A program made the translations under genes and the position numbers. A DNA stretch of 64,000 bases from Bacilli bacterium (lineage in GTDB: Bacteria; Bacillota_I; Bacilli_A; RFN20; CAG-826): contig JAFTDF010000042.1 in the NCBI GenBank assembly GCA_017454295.1, positions 484 through 64,483 of the forward strand, in the 5' to 3' direction. The first letter of the stretch is position 1. Every line of letters starts with the position of its first letter. Below the pieces are notes generated by a model. It worked only from the letters and a program-made list of their open reading frames with translations. It ran no database searches and was not told the DNA's origin. This document shows, one piece after another, positions 63,077 to 64,000 of the stretch.

Positions 63077-64000
63077 ATGGAAAAGAAAATCATTTGCTTT
63101 GGGTGCCGTGACTACGAGAAGCCCTATTTTGAGAAACTCGGTCAGCAATATGGCTATGAGTTGATTCTCCGCCCGGAATATCTCAATTCCGCCAACTGGG
63201 AACTCGCCAAAGGTTATGAGATCGTCATGGTCCGCGGTGGCTGCGCCGTCGATCACGACCACATGAAACTATTGGCCGAAAACGGCTTGAAATATTACCT
63301 CACCCGGACCGCCGGCTATAACCATGTCGACGTCGCCGCTTGCAAGGAATTTGGCATCGAAACCGCCTTCGTCCCCGGCTATTCCCCCAACGCCATATCC
63401 GAACTCGCCTTAACCTTAGGCATGATGCTCGTCCGCAACGCCGCCTATGCCACCTATGAGGCCAAGGAAGGCCGCTTCCAAGTCACCAATCAAATGTTCT
63501 CTCGGGAAATCCGGGGTTGCACCGTGGGGATCTTGGGGTGCGGCAGAATCGGTTGCACCACCGCTTCCTTATTCAAAGGTTTAGGCGCCCATATGATCGG
63601 TTACGATCCCTTCCCTAGCGATTACGCTAAGGGACTGATGGAAATGAAGGAAGCCGACGAAGTCTTCGAACAAGCCGACCTCCTCATCATCCATATGGCC
63701 TATTTCAAAGGCAAGAACGATAACTTTGTTTCCGCCGAACGCATCGCCAAAATGAAGCCGGGCTCCATCATCGTCAACGTCGCCCGTGGCGAAGTCATGG
63801 ATACCGAAGCCGCCGTCGCCGCCATCAAATCCGGCCACTTGGGCGGGCTTGGGCTCGACGTCATCTCCAACGAAGGCGCCCTCTTCTTCAAATCCTTCGA
63901 TCCGAAGAAGATGCCGACTCCCTTGTTCCAAGATCTCGTCGATCTCTATCCGAAGGTCTTGGTGACGCCCCACATCGGCTCCGCCACCGACTTAGCCCTG
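63077..64000 (+). CDS. D-isomer-specific 2-hydroxyacid dehydrogenase (D-lactate dehydrogenase-like), 3' end truncated by the window
   Basis: I translated this frame by hand; it is not in the ORF track because there is no stop in the window. It reads MEKKIICFGCRDYEKPYFE...GILGCGRIGCTTA (NAD-binding GxGxxG)...IVNVARGEVMD...LVTPHIGSAT. The frame stays open to 64000. Confidence 0.8.
   Translation, partial: MEKKIICFGCRDYEKPYFEKLGQQYGYELILRPEYLNSANWELAKGYEIVMVRGGCAVDHDHMKLLAENGLKYYLTRTAGYNHVDVAACKEFGIETAFVPGYSPNAISELALTLGMMLVRNAAYATYEAKEGRFQVTNQMFSREIRGCTVGILGCGRIGCTTASLFKGLGAHMIGYDPFPSDYAKGLMEMKEADEVFEQADLLIIHMAYFKGKNDNFVSAERIAKMKPGSIIVNVARGEVMDTEAAVAAIKSGHLGGLGLDVISNEGALFFKSFDPKKMPTPLFQDLVDLYPKVLVTPHIGSATDLAL

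Noticed and set aside
1-64000. CRISPR arrays, tRNA/rRNA genes, IS elements, integrases
   Set aside because: I saw no regularly spaced direct repeats, no cloverleaf-like or rRNA-like segments, and no transposase- or integrase-like translations in any frame. A by-eye scan cannot exclude small or degenerate elements.

Overview
The window reads as low-GC Gram-positive or Mollicutes-like chromosomal DNA using the standard genetic code. TGA acts as a stop, including in several ATGA start/stop overlaps. All calls rest on reading motifs in the ORF translations and the DNA by eye; no database search was run.

Left third (1-27 kb), mostly housekeeping:
- a cation:proton antiporter with a structured leader
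- rpsF-ssb-rpsR
- a GAF-type free-Met-sulfoxide reductase
- an M13 metallopeptidase lipoprotein
- a complete oppABCDF operon with unusually expanded OppD and OppB
- a PIN-like protein, mutY, an ABC-2 exporter pair and a DUF2130 protein
- an rfbACDB dTDP-rhamnose operon in which rfbA is compositionally foreign

A small accessory islet at 27.2-30.8 kb holds an ORF6N remnant, a full ORF6N gene, an HD-GYP phosphodiesterase and BrnT/BrnA.

The main feature is a roughly 30 kb minus-strand supercluster (30.8-61.1 kb):
- It is organised as four operons, each led by a GEMM-I-like (c-di-GMP-I) riboswitch. Three copies are near-identical, with compensatory stem changes and GNRA loops; the fourth is divergent.
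- The operons encode at least eight secreted proteins whose N-termini carry the SipW/TasA-type motif G-[GS]-T-x-A-W-[FY], and a ninth protein with a degenerate version of the motif.
- Five of these proteins (the four ~320-390 aa motif-bearing proteins plus the degenerate-motif protein) are paralogues sharing a C-terminal [YW]-[LF]-E-G-[WET]-D motif. Two giant beta-helix-like adhesins are each preceded by a ~300 aa partner.
- The cluster also encodes a BspA-type LRR giant and an archaeal-type (SipW-like) signal peptidase.
- A membrane-anchored McrB-like AAA+ NTPase and a McrC/DUF2357-like partner are translationally coupled to the fibre genes. I see no DNA-binding or nuclease domain in either.
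- The locus carries its own c-di-GMP enzymes: an active-looking EAL protein, a degenerate GGDEF-EAL candidate receptor and a GGDEF cyclase at the border. HD-GYP sits on the other flank.

I consider this c-di-GMP-gated, SipW-dependent fibre/adhesin locus with an McrBC-like motor the candidate novel system. No rRNA, tRNA, CRISPR array or transposase was recognised.
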